NCBI GenBank assembly: GCA_045601385.1 | Contig: JAZRZM010000005.1 | Location: 823-64,822 of the forward strand | From: Clostridia bacterium | GTDB taxonomy: Bacteria; Bacillota; Clostridia; Christensenellales; DTU072 | Direction: 5' to 3' | Length of the DNA: 64,000 nucleotides | Shown: piece after piece, positions 34,399-44,860 of the stretch | Position numbering within the stretch: the first letter of the stretch is position 1 | Layout of the letters: every line of letters begins with the position of its first letter | Notes under the pieces: generated by a model | Databases searched by the model: none | What the model saw: only the letters and a program-made list of their open reading frames with translations | Told to the model about the DNA's origin: nothing | Made by a program: the position numbers and the translations under genes

Positions 34399-35880
34399 AT
34401 GAGCAAAAAAGTTTTTTCACGTTCCGGACGGCGCATTACGGCGGTTTTGCTTGCGATTCTGACGGTTTTTGTTTGCCTGTTATTGCCTGCCTGTACCGAC
34501 GGCGTCAACGAAGACGAAAAGGAAGAAAAAAACGCGATTATCATCATACCCGGCTTGTTTGCTTCGGCATTATACGAAGAAGACACGGGCGAACCGATAT
34601 GGGATCCCTTTACGGATAACGACCTATGGATTACCGACCTGCTTGCGCACAGCGGAATGAATTATGCGACCATACTCGCTCTCCTGCAAGACGAGCAATT
34701 TTTGGCTCAACTGAATCACATCACCGCAAACGGCGGCTTGGGCGACGGAGAAAGTTTTTTATACAAACTGACCGCTATGACGGACGACGGAAAAAGCGTC
34801 TACAATATCAAACCGGTATCTTTCTTTGACGCCGACAGCCGTCTTCGCTACGGATTGATGAACGCGCAGACGGAAATCTATAACGACTTTCACGAAAAAT
34901 ACGGTTCCGACTACGAAGTCAGCGTTTTTAACTACGATTTTCGCCTCGACAACCGCGACAGCGCCGCGCTTTTGCAGACTTTTATCGACGAAAAGGAATA
35001 TGACAACGTGATTTTCGTCACCCACAGCAACGGCGGACTTGTCGTGGCGCGCTACCTTGCCATGAGCGAAGAAAACCGTGCGAAAGTGCGCCTTAACCTC
35101 AGTTATGACGCGCCCTATCTCGGCTCCGTCCTCGCTTTAAGCACGCTTGAAAACCTCGACGGCATGGCGGACGATATTTACGAAATAACCGATTCGCTCG
35201 GGTTAAAAGACATGGACGAAATCATCGACACGGCGTTCCGCACGCAGTTTTTACCCCTTGCCAATATGTACGTCGTCTATCAACTGCTTCCGACGTACGA
35301 ACTGCTTTGCTCGCCGCATTTTTATAATTACATGACCGAACATACCCACACGCCCGGTCAGGAAGTCCGCGACGTACTGTACGAACACGAAGTTCCGCTC
35401 GTGACGAAAATCGACGCAAACGGCAAAAAAACCGCTCTGCACTTCGACAGCGAACAAGAACTGTACGACTTTTATTGCTCGCGCCCGTGGGCGCACCTTG
35501 ATAACGACGTGGAAAAACCCCTCCGCGCCGGCATGAAAGACTGGCTCGACTACTGCGACTCGATGTATGTGGAGACGGCGACGGGCAAAGTGCACTCGAC
35601 CACGCTCGTCGATTCCGTTTATTTCTGCGGCACGGGCTACCGCACCGATATCGGCGTCGCGTACAAGACGTATGCAAGTGGCGAGACCGTTTGTTACTAC
35701 GACACCGAAAGCGAACTCGGCGACGGGACCGTCCTGCTATATTCGGCTTCGGCAGGCGTAACGGACAGCGCAAAAATCCGCGTTGTACCCCACGCAAATC
35801 ATTTTGATCCCGTACAAGAGTTTTTGACATACTCTGCGGATATGACCGACGCGGTCATGAAAGAATTTTTGAAAAAGTAA
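34399..35880 (+). CDS. secreted/lipoprotein alpha/beta hydrolase (LCAT/PGAP1-like lipase)
   Basis: Lipobox LLPAC. IIIIPGLFASALY and nucleophile elbow VTHSNGGLVVARYL. 493 aa. Confidence 0.7.
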   Translation: MSKKVFSRSGRRITAVLLAILTVFVCLLLPACTDGVNEDEKEEKNAIIIIPGLFASALYEEDTGEPIWDPFTDNDLWITDLLAHSGMNYATILALLQDEQFLAQLNHITANGGLGDGESFLYKLTAMTDDGKSVYNIKPVSFFDADSRLRYGLMNAQTEIYNDFHEKYGSDYEVSVFNYDFRLDNRDSAALLQTFIDEKEYDNVIFVTHSNGGLVVARYLAMSEENRAKVRLNLSYDAPYLGSVLALSTLENLDGMADDIYEITDSLGLKDMDEIIDTAFRTQFLPLANMYVVYQLLPTYELLCSPHFYNYMTEHTHTPGQEVRDVLYEHEVPLVTKIDANGKKTALHFDSEQELYDFYCSRPWAHLDNDVEKPLRAGMKDWLDYCDSMYVETATGKVHSTTLVDSVYFCGTGYRTDIGVAYKTYASGETVCYYDTESELGDGTVLLYSASAGVTDSAKIRVVPHANHFDPVQEFLTYSADMTDAVMKEFLKK

Positions 35881-35896
35881 AAACAGGAAGGACAGT

Positions 35897-37969
35897 ATGG
35901 TTACCGATTTGTTTGGAAGCATGGTATTCGGAGATCGCGAAATCCGCGATCGGATCAGCGAAAGCGATTACGCCGAATATAATTTGTGCGTGACCGAGGG
36001 CAAGCGCCTTTCTCTTCGTCTTGCGACCGTAATCGCCGACAAGATGAAAGAATGGGCGATCGAGAAAGGCTGCACGCACTTCACGCATTGGTTTCAGCCG
36101 ATGACGGGTATCACCGCCGAAAAGCACGAAAGTTTTATCGAACCTGCCGAAAATGGCGGCGTCGTGATGAAATTCAGCGGAAAAGAATTAATTAAAGGCG
36201 AACCGGACGCGTCGAGTTTTCCTTCGGGCGGGCTGCGCGCCACGTTTGAAGCGCGCGGATATACCGCATGGGATCCGACCAGTCACGCTTTCATCAAGGA
36301 CGGCGTGTTGTGCGTCCCGACGGCGTTTTGCAGTTTTAACGGGCTTGCGCTCGACAAAAAGACGCCCCTTCTCCGTTCGATGGAAGACCTCAGTCGCATC
36401 GCGCTGCGTATTCTGAAAATCTTCGGAAAAGACGACGTCAAAAAGGTCATCCCGATGGCGGGGCCCGAGCAAGAATATTTTTTGGTCGACAAAAAACTGT
36501 TTGAAAAGCGTCCCGACCTTGTTTGCTGCGGTCGTACGCTGTTCGGCGCGCGCAGTCCGAAAGGGCAAGAACTGGGCGATCACTACTTCGGTACGGTCAA
36601 GCCGCGCGTTCTTTCTTACATGAAAGATCTGGACGAAGAACTGTGGAAACTGGGCGTGTATGCGAAGACGAAGCACAACGAGACGGCGCCGGCTCAACAC
36701 GAACTTGCCGTCATCTACACCGACGCGAACACGGCGACCGATCATAATCAGATCATTATGGAATTGATGAAGAAGATAGCGACTCATCACGGGCTTACCT
36801 GTCTTCTGCACGAAAAGCCCTTTGCCACCATCAACGGCAGCGGCAAACACAATAACTGGTCTCTGCAAACGGACACCGGCGTAAATCTTCTCGAACCGGG
36901 CGAAAACCCGCGGGATAATATGCTCTTTATGCTCTTCCTTTCCGCCGTCATTTCGGCGGTGGACAAACATCAGGACCTGCTCCGCATCGCCTGTGCAAGC
37001 GCGGGAAACGATCACCGTCTGGGCGGATACGAAGCGCCGCCGGCGATTATCTCGATTTTTCTCGGGGACGAATTGACGGGCATTCTGAACGCCATCGAAA
37101 AAGGAAAGAATTTCAGCGAAAGAGCCAACTGCGAAGTGGAAATCGGCGTCAAGTGCCTGCCCAAGTTCCGTCGCGACACCACCGACCGCAACCGCACGTC
37201 GCCGTTTGCCTTTACCGGGAATAAGTTTGAATTCCGTATGCTCGGTTCGGAGTTCTCCACCGCCGACGTCAACGTCGTCCTCAATACCATTGTCGCCGAC
37301 GAATTGCTTTCTTTTGAAGAAAAACTGGATAAAAACGACCTTGTCACGTCGGTTAACGCCATCGTGCGCGACGTGATGAAAAATCATAAACGCGTCATTT
37401 TCAACGGCAACGGATACTCTGCCGAATGGGTAAAAGAAGCAAAAAAACTCGGACTTCTGAACCTCTCTTCGACGATGGACGCACTGCCGATGTATACGCA
37501 GGAACAAAACGTCGCATTGTTCGAACGCCACGGCGTACTGAACCGCGCCGAAATCGAATCGCGCGCCGAAATTCTGATAGAAAACTATCGGAATATTCTC
37601 CATATCGAAGCCTCGACTATGTCCGACATGGCAAAAGAACTCTTCTTGCCGGCGATATACGAATATATAAAAGAACTCGCCAAGACGAAAAAACTTCTTG
37701 CCGAACTCAACCTTCCGTGCGAAAACAAAACGCTCGATAAACTCGCCCGCCTTTATGCCGAGGGCGAAACGCTCGTCGAAACGCTCGACCAAGCGATAGC
37801 AAACGCCGACAAACAAAAGACGGCGAAAGCGCGCGCCGATTTCTTCCGCAAAAAAGTCCTGCCGTGCATGGACAGTCTGCGCCTTGTCATCGACGAAGCC
37901 GAACTTCTCACCGCCAAAAAATACTGGCCCGTACCGACCTACGAAGACTTGCTCTTCGGCGTCAACTGA
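35897..37969 (+). CDS. glnN: glutamine synthetase, type III
   Basis: 690 aa. N-terminal FG..VF...MKEWAIEKGCTHFTHWFQPMTG and the catalytic region NGSGKHNNWS are typical of GSIII. Confidence 0.85.
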   Translation: MVTDLFGSMVFGDREIRDRISESDYAEYNLCVTEGKRLSLRLATVIADKMKEWAIEKGCTHFTHWFQPMTGITAEKHESFIEPAENGGVVMKFSGKELIKGEPDASSFPSGGLRATFEARGYTAWDPTSHAFIKDGVLCVPTAFCSFNGLALDKKTPLLRSMEDLSRIALRILKIFGKDDVKKVIPMAGPEQEYFLVDKKLFEKRPDLVCCGRTLFGARSPKGQELGDHYFGTVKPRVLSYMKDLDEELWKLGVYAKTKHNETAPAQHELAVIYTDANTATDHNQIIMELMKKIATHHGLTCLLHEKPFATINGSGKHNNWSLQTDTGVNLLEPGENPRDNMLFMLFLSAVISAVDKHQDLLRIACASAGNDHRLGGYEAPPAIISIFLGDELTGILNAIEKGKNFSERANCEVEIGVKCLPKFRRDTTDRNRTSPFAFTGNKFEFRMLGSEFSTADVNVVLNTIVADELLSFEEKLDKNDLVTSVNAIVRDVMKNHKRVIFNGNGYSAEWVKEAKKLGLLNLSSTMDALPMYTQEQNVALFERHGVLNRAEIESRAEILIENYRNILHIEASTMSDMAKELFLPAIYEYIKELAKTKKLLAELNLPCENKTLDKLARLYAEGETLVETLDQAIANADKQKTAKARADFFRKKVLPCMDSLRLVIDEAELLTAKKYWPVPTYEDLLFGVN

Positions 37970-37996
37970 AATAACACCAAGTGAGGTAAAACCAAT

Positions 37997-38824
37997 ATGA
38001 AAAAAACAATCTCCGTTCTTGTCATCGTCCTGCTGCTTGTCGGCTCCGTTTTTGCCTTGGCGGCTTGCTCGAACAAAGACATCACCGTCGACAAATGCTG
38101 GGCAAACAACGAAAAACTGACCTACGCCGTCCTTGACGGCGACCGTGAAGTCGGCTCGCTCGACATTACTCTTGACGCCGATCCAGACGACAAAACCCTG
38201 CCTTACGGCGACGAGACGCGCACCTATTCTTCCGCCAACGTCCGCATTTCCGAGACGCTTGTCCGTAGCGGAGAAGCGACGGTAACGACGACGATCCTTG
38301 CCGACAACTACACCGTGCTTGCCGTAAACAAAGTCTATACCGACCTTTCCGACAACGCGAACAGTAGTTATTCCTTGCAGTCCTACCACGACGGCAAAAA
38401 CTACGTATACACCCTGCAAAAAGGCGATCAGACCGTTTCCGAAAAACTTAAAGTCGGCGCAAGCGGATATACCGATAACGAATTCTTATATTATTATATC
38501 CGCTGCTATAACATAAACGCCATTCCCTCTTCCGTCAAAGTCGCCGATCCGATCGGTAATTCTGTCCGCGAACTGAACGCGACTTTCATCGGCGAGACGA
38601 GCGTCGTCACCGCGTGTCCGGAAATCGGAACCGCCACTTGCAACGCAATCTATATCACACTGAAAGAAACGCCCTCGGGTAGCGGCATCTATGCCTATTA
38701 TCTGCCCGATAACGATAATTACAGATACGGTGACTTTTTGATTAAAAGTGCAAAATATCCGGTGAAACTTGTCGAGAACAATATTACGTACTTGTTGAAA
38801 TCTCAAGAAGCCCGCTATCAGTAA
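37997..38824 (+). CDS. putative lipoprotein (beta-rich, unknown function)
   Basis: Signal peptide plus lipobox FALAAC. 275 aa. Confidence 0.65.
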   Translation: MKKTISVLVIVLLLVGSVFALAACSNKDITVDKCWANNEKLTYAVLDGDREVGSLDITLDADPDDKTLPYGDETRTYSSANVRISETLVRSGEATVTTTILADNYTVLAVNKVYTDLSDNANSSYSLQSYHDGKNYVYTLQKGDQTVSEKLKVGASGYTDNEFLYYYIRCYNINAIPSSVKVADPIGNSVRELNATFIGETSVVTACPEIGTATCNAIYITLKETPSGSGIYAYYLPDNDNYRYGDFLIKSAKYPVKLVENNITYLLKSQEARYQ

Positions 38825-38836
38825 GAACGTACATTC

Positions 38837-39270
38837 GGGGTGATTTACGTATTTGTCAAAATAACTAAAAAGGATATTCCATAGAAATTTTGACGCATAC
38901 TTGTCCGAAACGTGCGGTCGCAGTACTTCTTGTACAGCTTCCCTGCGTTTCATACAAAATCCCTCCCGACTGTCCGTTCTTCGTATGCCGGATGCTTGGG
39001 GCGATTTACGTATTTGTCAAAATAACTAAAAAGATTATTCTATAATATTTTGACGCATACTTGTCCGAAACGTGCGGTCGCAGTACTTCTTGTACAGCTT
39101 CCCTGCGTTTCATACAAAATCCCTCCCGACTGTCCGTTCTTCGTATGCCGGACGCTTGGGGTGATTTACGTATCTGTCAAAATAACTAAAAAGGATATTC
39201 CATAGAAATTTTGACGCATACTTGTCCGAAACGTGCGATCGCGCGGTTCACGTGTTTGTCAAAACAAAAA
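38837..39270. repeat. 160/161-bp tandem repeat, about 2.5 copies plus a fourth partial head
   Basis: GGGG(T/C)GATTTACGTAT starts at 38837, 38998 and 39158. Copies 1 and 2 are about 95% identical. A related head, GGTTCACGTGTTTGTCAAAAC, lies at about 39245. Confidence 0.9.
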
Positions 39271-39316
39271 AATAAATGAGCGATTTTGCGCATTTTATAA
39301 AAAAACGGAGGCTATT

Positions 39317-40348
39317 ATGCAAAAGTTCAAAAATCTTGTTTTATGGAAAAAAATCGTGATTATTGTCGCCGCGGTTCTCGTGCTCGGCGGAATCGTGACC
39401 ATGTGCGTACTTCTGCCCCTTTCGGCTCGTGAAAAACGCGCTTACGAAAGACATAAACCCACGGCGTACACGCAGGAAGCGCACACGAAAAACTGTATCC
39501 ACTTCTTAAACACAGTCAACAGTGACTGCATGATTCTGGAAAGCGACGGGCATATCGCCATCATTGACTGCGGCGAAGATAACGACAACCCGCGCAACTT
39601 TTCCAACCTCGAACTCGAAGGCTACGAAGACAAAGTTGTGCGCTACGTTAAGGAACACTTTGCCGATGAAAGCGGAAACGTATATATCGATTTTATCGTC
39701 GGCACGCACGCACATTCCGACCACATCGGCGGTTTTGACACCCTCATTCTCGACGAAAAAATCACCGTCGGTAAAGCCTATCTGAAACGCTACAAACCCG
39801 AAACGATACGCTCATACGAGAAAGACAGATGGGACAACCAAGAAGTTTATGACCAAATGGTAAACGCGATCAATACGCGCGGAATTGAACTCGTGCAGGA
39901 TATTCCGAACGAAACGTTTTCTCTCGGCGAATACAAAATCCGCTTCTTGAACACGAAAGACGCGGAAGGGAAAAACCTCGGCGAAAACGACAATTCGATC
40001 GCGACTTTCGTCACGCTCGGCAATAAAAAAGCACTGCTGATGGGCGACGTCAACAACGACTCCGGCGACGAAGACGAAATCGCCGCGATCGTCGGCGAAG
40101 TGGATCTGATGAAAGTCGGACATCACGGCTACACCGCTTCTTCCACAAGAAACTTTATCAAAACCGTTTCGCCCGAAATCGCGATCGTCCCCAACAAACT
40201 CGAACGGATGGATCCCGATAACAAACGCCGTATCGTCAAAGAGGGCGGCTCTGTGTACGCCACTTATGACGAAAACGGTATCCTCGCCACGTTTACCGAA
40301 GACGGAATCAAACTGTACAACAATACCATGGACGGCTATTGGGATTGA
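39317..40348 (+). CDS. membrane-anchored MBL-fold metallo-hydrolase
   Basis: ATG at 39317 with ACGGAGG upstream. N-terminal TM helix, then GTHAHSDHIGG (HxHxDH) and VGHHG. Confidence 0.8.
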   Translation: MQKFKNLVLWKKIVIIVAAVLVLGGIVTMCVLLPLSAREKRAYERHKPTAYTQEAHTKNCIHFLNTVNSDCMILESDGHIAIIDCGEDNDNPRNFSNLELEGYEDKVVRYVKEHFADESGNVYIDFIVGTHAHSDHIGGFDTLILDEKITVGKAYLKRYKPETIRSYEKDRWDNQEVYDQMVNAINTRGIELVQDIPNETFSLGEYKIRFLNTKDAEGKNLGENDNSIATFVTLGNKKALLMGDVNNDSGDEDEIAAIVGEVDLMKVGHHGYTASSTRNFIKTVSPEIAIVPNKLERMDPDNKRRIVKEGGSVYATYDENGILATFTEDGIKLYNNTMDGYWD

Positions 40349-40365
40349 GTTTACGCTTGTAAAAA

Positions 40366-40402
40366 CACAAAAAAAGCGGTGGCTTCGACCACCGCTTTTT
40401 TA
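40366..40402. terminator. bidirectional rho-independent terminator between the MBL hydrolase gene and dnaE
   Basis: A-run, AGCGGTGG-cttcga-CCACCGCT, then T-run. Confidence 0.8.
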
Positions 40403-40421
40403 TAAAAGACTTTACCGAAAA

Positions 40422-43400
40422 TTATTCCTTTTTATCGCCGAGTATTTTGACGTTTCGATAGCCGAGAATACCTGTCAGGCTGTTTTTGAGCGAGTCGATA
40501 CCCATAATACGAAAACCGAGTTCATAAAGTTTACCGTCCATTTGAATTTTGACAGCGTTACTTCCGCCGCGATAATCGGACAAAATACCCATGACTTTAT
40601 CGTACAATTCGGGATCGTTATCGATACGCAAGCAAAGGACGCGGTCGTCCTGCGGTTCTTCCTTGACCTCTTCGAGTCCCCAGCCATAAACGCTCTGCGC
40701 TTCGATTTTCGGTTTTCCGCCTTCGACGACGGCGACTTTCCCTTTGATTTTTACCAACGCGTCGTCGTGAATAAGGGTTTTATAGGTGTCGTACGCCCTG
40801 CCGAAGAAAACGACGTCAAAACTACCGTTCAAGTCCTCGCAGACAGCCGCCGCCCACTTTTTGCCCGATTTTGCATTGACCTTGACGATGACGTCGCTGA
40901 GCACGCCGCCGAAGAAGACAAGATCACCGTTTTTGACGGGATATTCTTCCGTTTCTTCACCCTCTTCTTCCTCTTCGATCGGTTCTTTTTCAATGGGAAC
41001 AAACATCGTCGAATCGAAAGTAAATCCCGTCATCTCGCTCTCGTGTCCGTCCAGCGGATGCCCGGAAATATATCTGCCGAGCACTTCTTTTTCCAATTGG
41101 AGACGGGCGAGTTTGCTCTCGGATACTTCGACGTATTTGTAATCGTCCTGCAACATAAAGTCAAAAAACATCTGACCGCTGCCGAGCAGATTTTTATTGC
41201 CGAGTTCGATATCGAGGATTTTTTCGTAGTTAGCCATCATTGTGGCGCGGTTTTTGCCGAAACAGTCAAAAACGCCCCCTTTTATCATACTTTCGAGCAT
41301 TCTTTTATTGACCGATTCTCCGCCGGCACGACGAACAAAATCGGAAAAACTCTTGTATTCCCCGTTATTTTTCCGTTCTTGCACGATAGCGTCAACCGCC
41401 GCTTTGCCGACGTTTTTGATACATATAAGCCCGTATCGGACGGCTTCTCCTTCCGGGATAAACAGCCCCTCGCTGTGGTTGATATCGGGGGGCAAAACGG
41501 TAATGCCGTGTTCTTTGATGACGCGTAGGTACTTGCCCGTGTCGTCGGGTTTGTTGATACGGTTATTGATAACGGCGCAGAAATATTCGAGCGGATAATA
41601 GCATTTCAGATAAGCCGTCTGATACGTTAGGACGGAATAGGCGGCGGCGTGCGACTTATTGAACGCGTACGCGCCGAACTTTTCCAACTCCGCCCACATC
41701 GTCATGGCAAATTCTTCCGCGACGCCGTTGGCTACGCACCCGTCCACAAAACGCTTGCGCTGTTCGGGTATCTGCTCCACTTTCTTTTTACTGATAAACT
41801 TTCGGAAATTATCGGCTTGCGCCATGGTATAACCGGCAAGCGCCTGCGTGATGAACATTGCCTGTTCCTGATAGACGATAACGCCGTAGGTGTTTTGCAA
41901 AATCGGTTCGAGTTTCGGGTGGCGATAATCGATTTTGTCGCGGTGCTGTTTGTTCTCGACAAAGGTATCGACGTACTGCATCGGTCCCGGACGGTACAGA
42001 CTGACGCCGGCGATGATTTCTTCGATCAAGGTCGGTTTCAGACGTTTCATAAAGTTTTTCATACCCGCGCTTTCGAGTTGGAATACGGCGTCGCAGTCCC
42101 CCGTTCCGATCATCTTGTAGGTGTTCTGGTCTTCGTATCCGATTTTATCAAAATCGATTTTTACGCCGCGGTAGCGTTCGATCAGTTCTTCGCAACGGTC
42201 GATGTCGGTCAGCGTTTCGATAGCGAGGAAGTCCATCTTCAAAAGTCCGAGTTCTTCGCATTCGGTCATATCGAACTGCGTCGTAATGTCTTCGCCGTTT
42301 CTCGACAAAGCGACGACTTCGGCGACGGGGCGGGAACAAATGATAACGCCGGCGGCGTGTTTGCCACGGTCGCGCGGCATGTCCTCTATCTGCGCGGCAA
42401 GGTCGAGCACCTCTTTATAAAGAGGATTGTTGTTGTACATCTCGATCAATTCGGGAACGGCGTTCGGATCGTTCGGATCGAGCAAATTGGGGATATGGAC
42501 TTTTTTATCGTTATCGTGAATGTTTTTGACAAGCGCGTTCGCGTTGGCGAAAGGAATTTTGTACACGCGCGCGACGTTTTTGATCGCGTTCTTTTTCTTC
42601 ATCATCCCGAACGTGATAATCTGCGCGACGTGATCGACGTGGTATTTATCGCGGACGTAATCGATGACTTTTTCACGCCTGTCCGAACAAAAGTCGATAT
42701 CGAAGTCGGGCATCGTCTGCCGTTCGGGGTTCAAAAAACGCTCGAAAATAAGTCCGTACCGAAGAGGATCGATTTCGGTAATGTGAATGGCGTAAGCAAT
42801 GATACTGCCCGCGCCGCTCCCTCTGCCCGGTCCGATCGGGACGCCGTGCGTTTTGCCGTAGTTGATAAAGTCCCACACGATCAGATAGTATGAGGCAAAA
42901 CCCATTCGACAAATAACGTCCAATTCGTAATCGGCGCGCTTTTGTATATCGGGCGTGATTACGCCGTACCGCTCTTCCAAGCCCTTGTACGCCATTTTAC
43001 GCAGGTAGTCCTTGTCGTCCGCGTACCCTTCGGGCGGATCGTAATGCGGAATGGTATAGACGTGGAACGGTATCTCCACGTTGACTTTGTCCGCTATTTC
43101 GAGCGTGGTTTTGAGCGGCTCTTCGTCTCCGCCCATCAGTTCGAGCATCTGCTCGTACGATTTATAATAGAATTCGTCGTTCGGAAAACGCCACCTGGTC
43201 GGATCGTCTATATCTTTCTGCGTCTGTATGGCAAGAAGTACGTCGTGCGCCTTTGCGTCCGACTTTTCGATATAATGAAGGTCGTTGGTCACGACGGTCT
43301 TGACGCCGATCTCGGCGGCGATTTTTTTCAATAAAGGCAATACGCGCAGTTCTTCTTCCATACCGTGATTTTGCAATTCGATATAAAAGTCGTCGCCGTA

Positions 43401-43889
43401 AATATCTTTGAAATTTGTTGCGCACGCTACCGCTTCGTCATATTTTCCGTCGAGAAGTAATTGCGAAATCTCTCCCGCGATACAGGCGGAAAGGCAAATG
43501 ACGCCTCTGCTGTTGGCACGCAAAACTTTTTCGTCGACGCGCGGTTTATTATAGAATCCGTCCACGAATCCGGCGCTGGACACGTTCATGCAATTATGAA
43601 AACCTTCCAGGTCTTTCGCGATAAGGATCAAGTGAAAATAATCGGAGTGTTCGCGATCTTTCAGCGACATATCGTGGCAGGTATACGTTTCGATACCGAT
43701 AATGGGCTTAATTCCGGCAGCCTTGCACGCCTTGTAAAACTTGATCGCGCCGTACATATTGCCGTGATCGGTCATAGCCACTGCCGGCGCGCCCTCCGCC
43801 GCCGCTTTTTTCGCCAGTTTGTTTATGCGCGCATAACCGTCCAAAAGACTGTATTCGGTATGGTTATGCAAATGAACGAATGTTCCCAT
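40422..43889 (-). CDS. dnaE: DNA polymerase III alpha subunit (DnaE type)
   Basis: 1155 aa. PHP domain FVHLHNHTEYSLLDG, a polymerase core, and a C-terminal OB region. Confidence 0.95.
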   Translation of the reverse strand: MGTFVHLHNHTEYSLLDGYARINKLAKKAAAEGAPAVAMTDHGNMYGAIKFYKACKAAGIKPIIGIETYTCHDMSLKDREHSDYFHLILIAKDLEGFHNCMNVSSAGFVDGFYNKPRVDEKVLRANSRGVICLSACIAGEISQLLLDGKYDEAVACATNFKDIYGDDFYIELQNHGMEEELRVLPLLKKIAAEIGVKTVVTNDLHYIEKSDAKAHDVLLAIQTQKDIDDPTRWRFPNDEFYYKSYEQMLELMGGDEEPLKTTLEIADKVNVEIPFHVYTIPHYDPPEGYADDKDYLRKMAYKGLEERYGVITPDIQKRADYELDVICRMGFASYYLIVWDFINYGKTHGVPIGPGRGSGAGSIIAYAIHITEIDPLRYGLIFERFLNPERQTMPDFDIDFCSDRREKVIDYVRDKYHVDHVAQIITFGMMKKKNAIKNVARVYKIPFANANALVKNIHDNDKKVHIPNLLDPNDPNAVPELIEMYNNNPLYKEVLDLAAQIEDMPRDRGKHAAGVIICSRPVAEVVALSRNGEDITTQFDMTECEELGLLKMDFLAIETLTDIDRCEELIERYRGVKIDFDKIGYEDQNTYKMIGTGDCDAVFQLESAGMKNFMKRLKPTLIEEIIAGVSLYRPGPMQYVDTFVENKQHRDKIDYRHPKLEPILQNTYGVIVYQEQAMFITQALAGYTMAQADNFRKFISKKKVEQIPEQRKRFVDGCVANGVAEEFAMTMWAELEKFGAYAFNKSHAAAYSVLTYQTAYLKCYYPLEYFCAVINNRINKPDDTGKYLRVIKEHGITVLPPDINHSEGLFIPEGEAVRYGLICIKNVGKAAVDAIVQERKNNGEYKSFSDFVRRAGGESVNKRMLESMIKGGVFDCFGKNRATMMANYEKILDIELGNKNLLGSGQMFFDFMLQDDYKYVEVSESKLARLQLEKEVLGRYISGHPLDGHESEMTGFTFDSTMFVPIEKEPIEEEEEGEETEEYPVKNGDLVFFGGVLSDVIVKVNAKSGKKWAAAVCEDLNGSFDVVFFGRAYDTYKTLIHDDALVKIKGKVAVVEGGKPKIEAQSVYGWGLEEVKEEPQDDRVLCLRIDNDPELYDKVMGILSDYRGGSNAVKIQMDGKLYELGFRIMGIDSLKNSLTGILGYRNVKILGDKKE

Positions 43890-43906
43890 TTTTTTCTCTC
43901 CGTATT

Positions 43907-44860
43907 TTAATTCCGTTCGGCAAGTCGCATGATTTTACGCATACGGTGGTTGACGCAACTTTTCGTAACGGGCGGCGACGACATCGCCGCGATTTCTTCC
44001 AGCCCCGCGCTCTCGTTTTCAAGCCGCAGGCGACACGTCTCGCGCAGGTCGTCCCCGAGCGTTTGCCACACGTCGCTCGACATCAGTTTTTTGATCGCCG
44101 CGATCTGCTCGGCGGCGGTCCGTACCTTTTTACCGATGTTGGCAAGGTCGAAATTCTGCGCGCGGTTCAGATCGTTATTCATTCTCCTTTCCGCCATAAT
44201 CTCATACAAACGGAGCGTCGCTTCGCTCGCTTCCAGGTAGGCAAGCACTACGCCGATCGCTTCGCCGCTTTTCAAAAAAACGCCGCTGCCTTTCTTGCGC
44301 GTCTGCACTCTGCCTTTTTCGATATGTGGCAAAGAAGAAATCAGTTTTACGACGTCCTCTTTTACCATATCCGAGTTGAGATTAAAACAAAGCAAATAGC
44401 CTTTGCTTCTGCTCGCTTCGCCGAAAACTTCGGTTTTTTCGGGCGTTTTCAGCGTTCCGCACGACAAAAACAAACCGGCAAGATAGGCTCTGCGCATTCT
44501 TTCGGACGAAACAAGTTCTTTCGGGACGCAGTCGATCAAGGTATATTTATCGCGCACGATTCCGCATTTTTCAAAAATCGGCGCGGCTTCTTTTGCCGGC
44601 AAAGAGGCGCAAAAAAGAGGCGCGCCGTCCACGTCGCCGACGGTTTTTTCCGGTTTATAGCGAAAAATTCGCTCGATTACATCGCACACAAGGTCGATAA
44701 AGGATTTTTCCCGCGCCGAAAAAGACAATTCAAAACCGTTTTTCGTAAAAGAAATTTCGCCGCAACCGCGAATGGCTCCGCTCAAAAACGGAACGCACGC
44801 CGCGTCGGAAAACGTAACGGAATACAGTTCCCGCCTAACGGTCTTGTCGACGCTCTCCAT
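43907..44860 (-). CDS. whiA: DNA-binding protein WhiA
   Basis: LAGLIDADG-like AYLAGLFLSCGTL and the C-terminal HTH SCVNHRMRKIMRLAE. The start is uncertain: ATG at 44860 or 44920. Both overlap the murB 3' end. Confidence 0.8.
   Translation of the reverse strand: MESVDKTVRRELYSVTFSDAACVPFLSGAIRGCGEISFTKNGFELSFSAREKSFIDLVCDVIERIFRYKPEKTVGDVDGAPLFCASLPAKEAAPIFEKCGIVRDKYTLIDCVPKELVSSERMRRAYLAGLFLSCGTLKTPEKTEVFGEASRSKGYLLCFNLNSDMVKEDVVKLISSLPHIEKGRVQTRKKGSGVFLKSGEAIGVVLAYLEASEATLRLYEIMAERRMNNDLNRAQNFDLANIGKKVRTAAEQIAAIKKLMSSDVWQTLGDDLRETCRLRLENESAGLEEIAAMSSPPVTKSCVNHRMRKIMRLAERN

Noticed and set aside
38486-38953. 155-aa minus-strand ORF.
   Set aside because: Only its first 22 or so codons, inside the repeat unit, look gene-like. 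The rest is antisense to the 3' end of the lipoprotein gene. In the second repeat copy the same start terminates after 35 codons.
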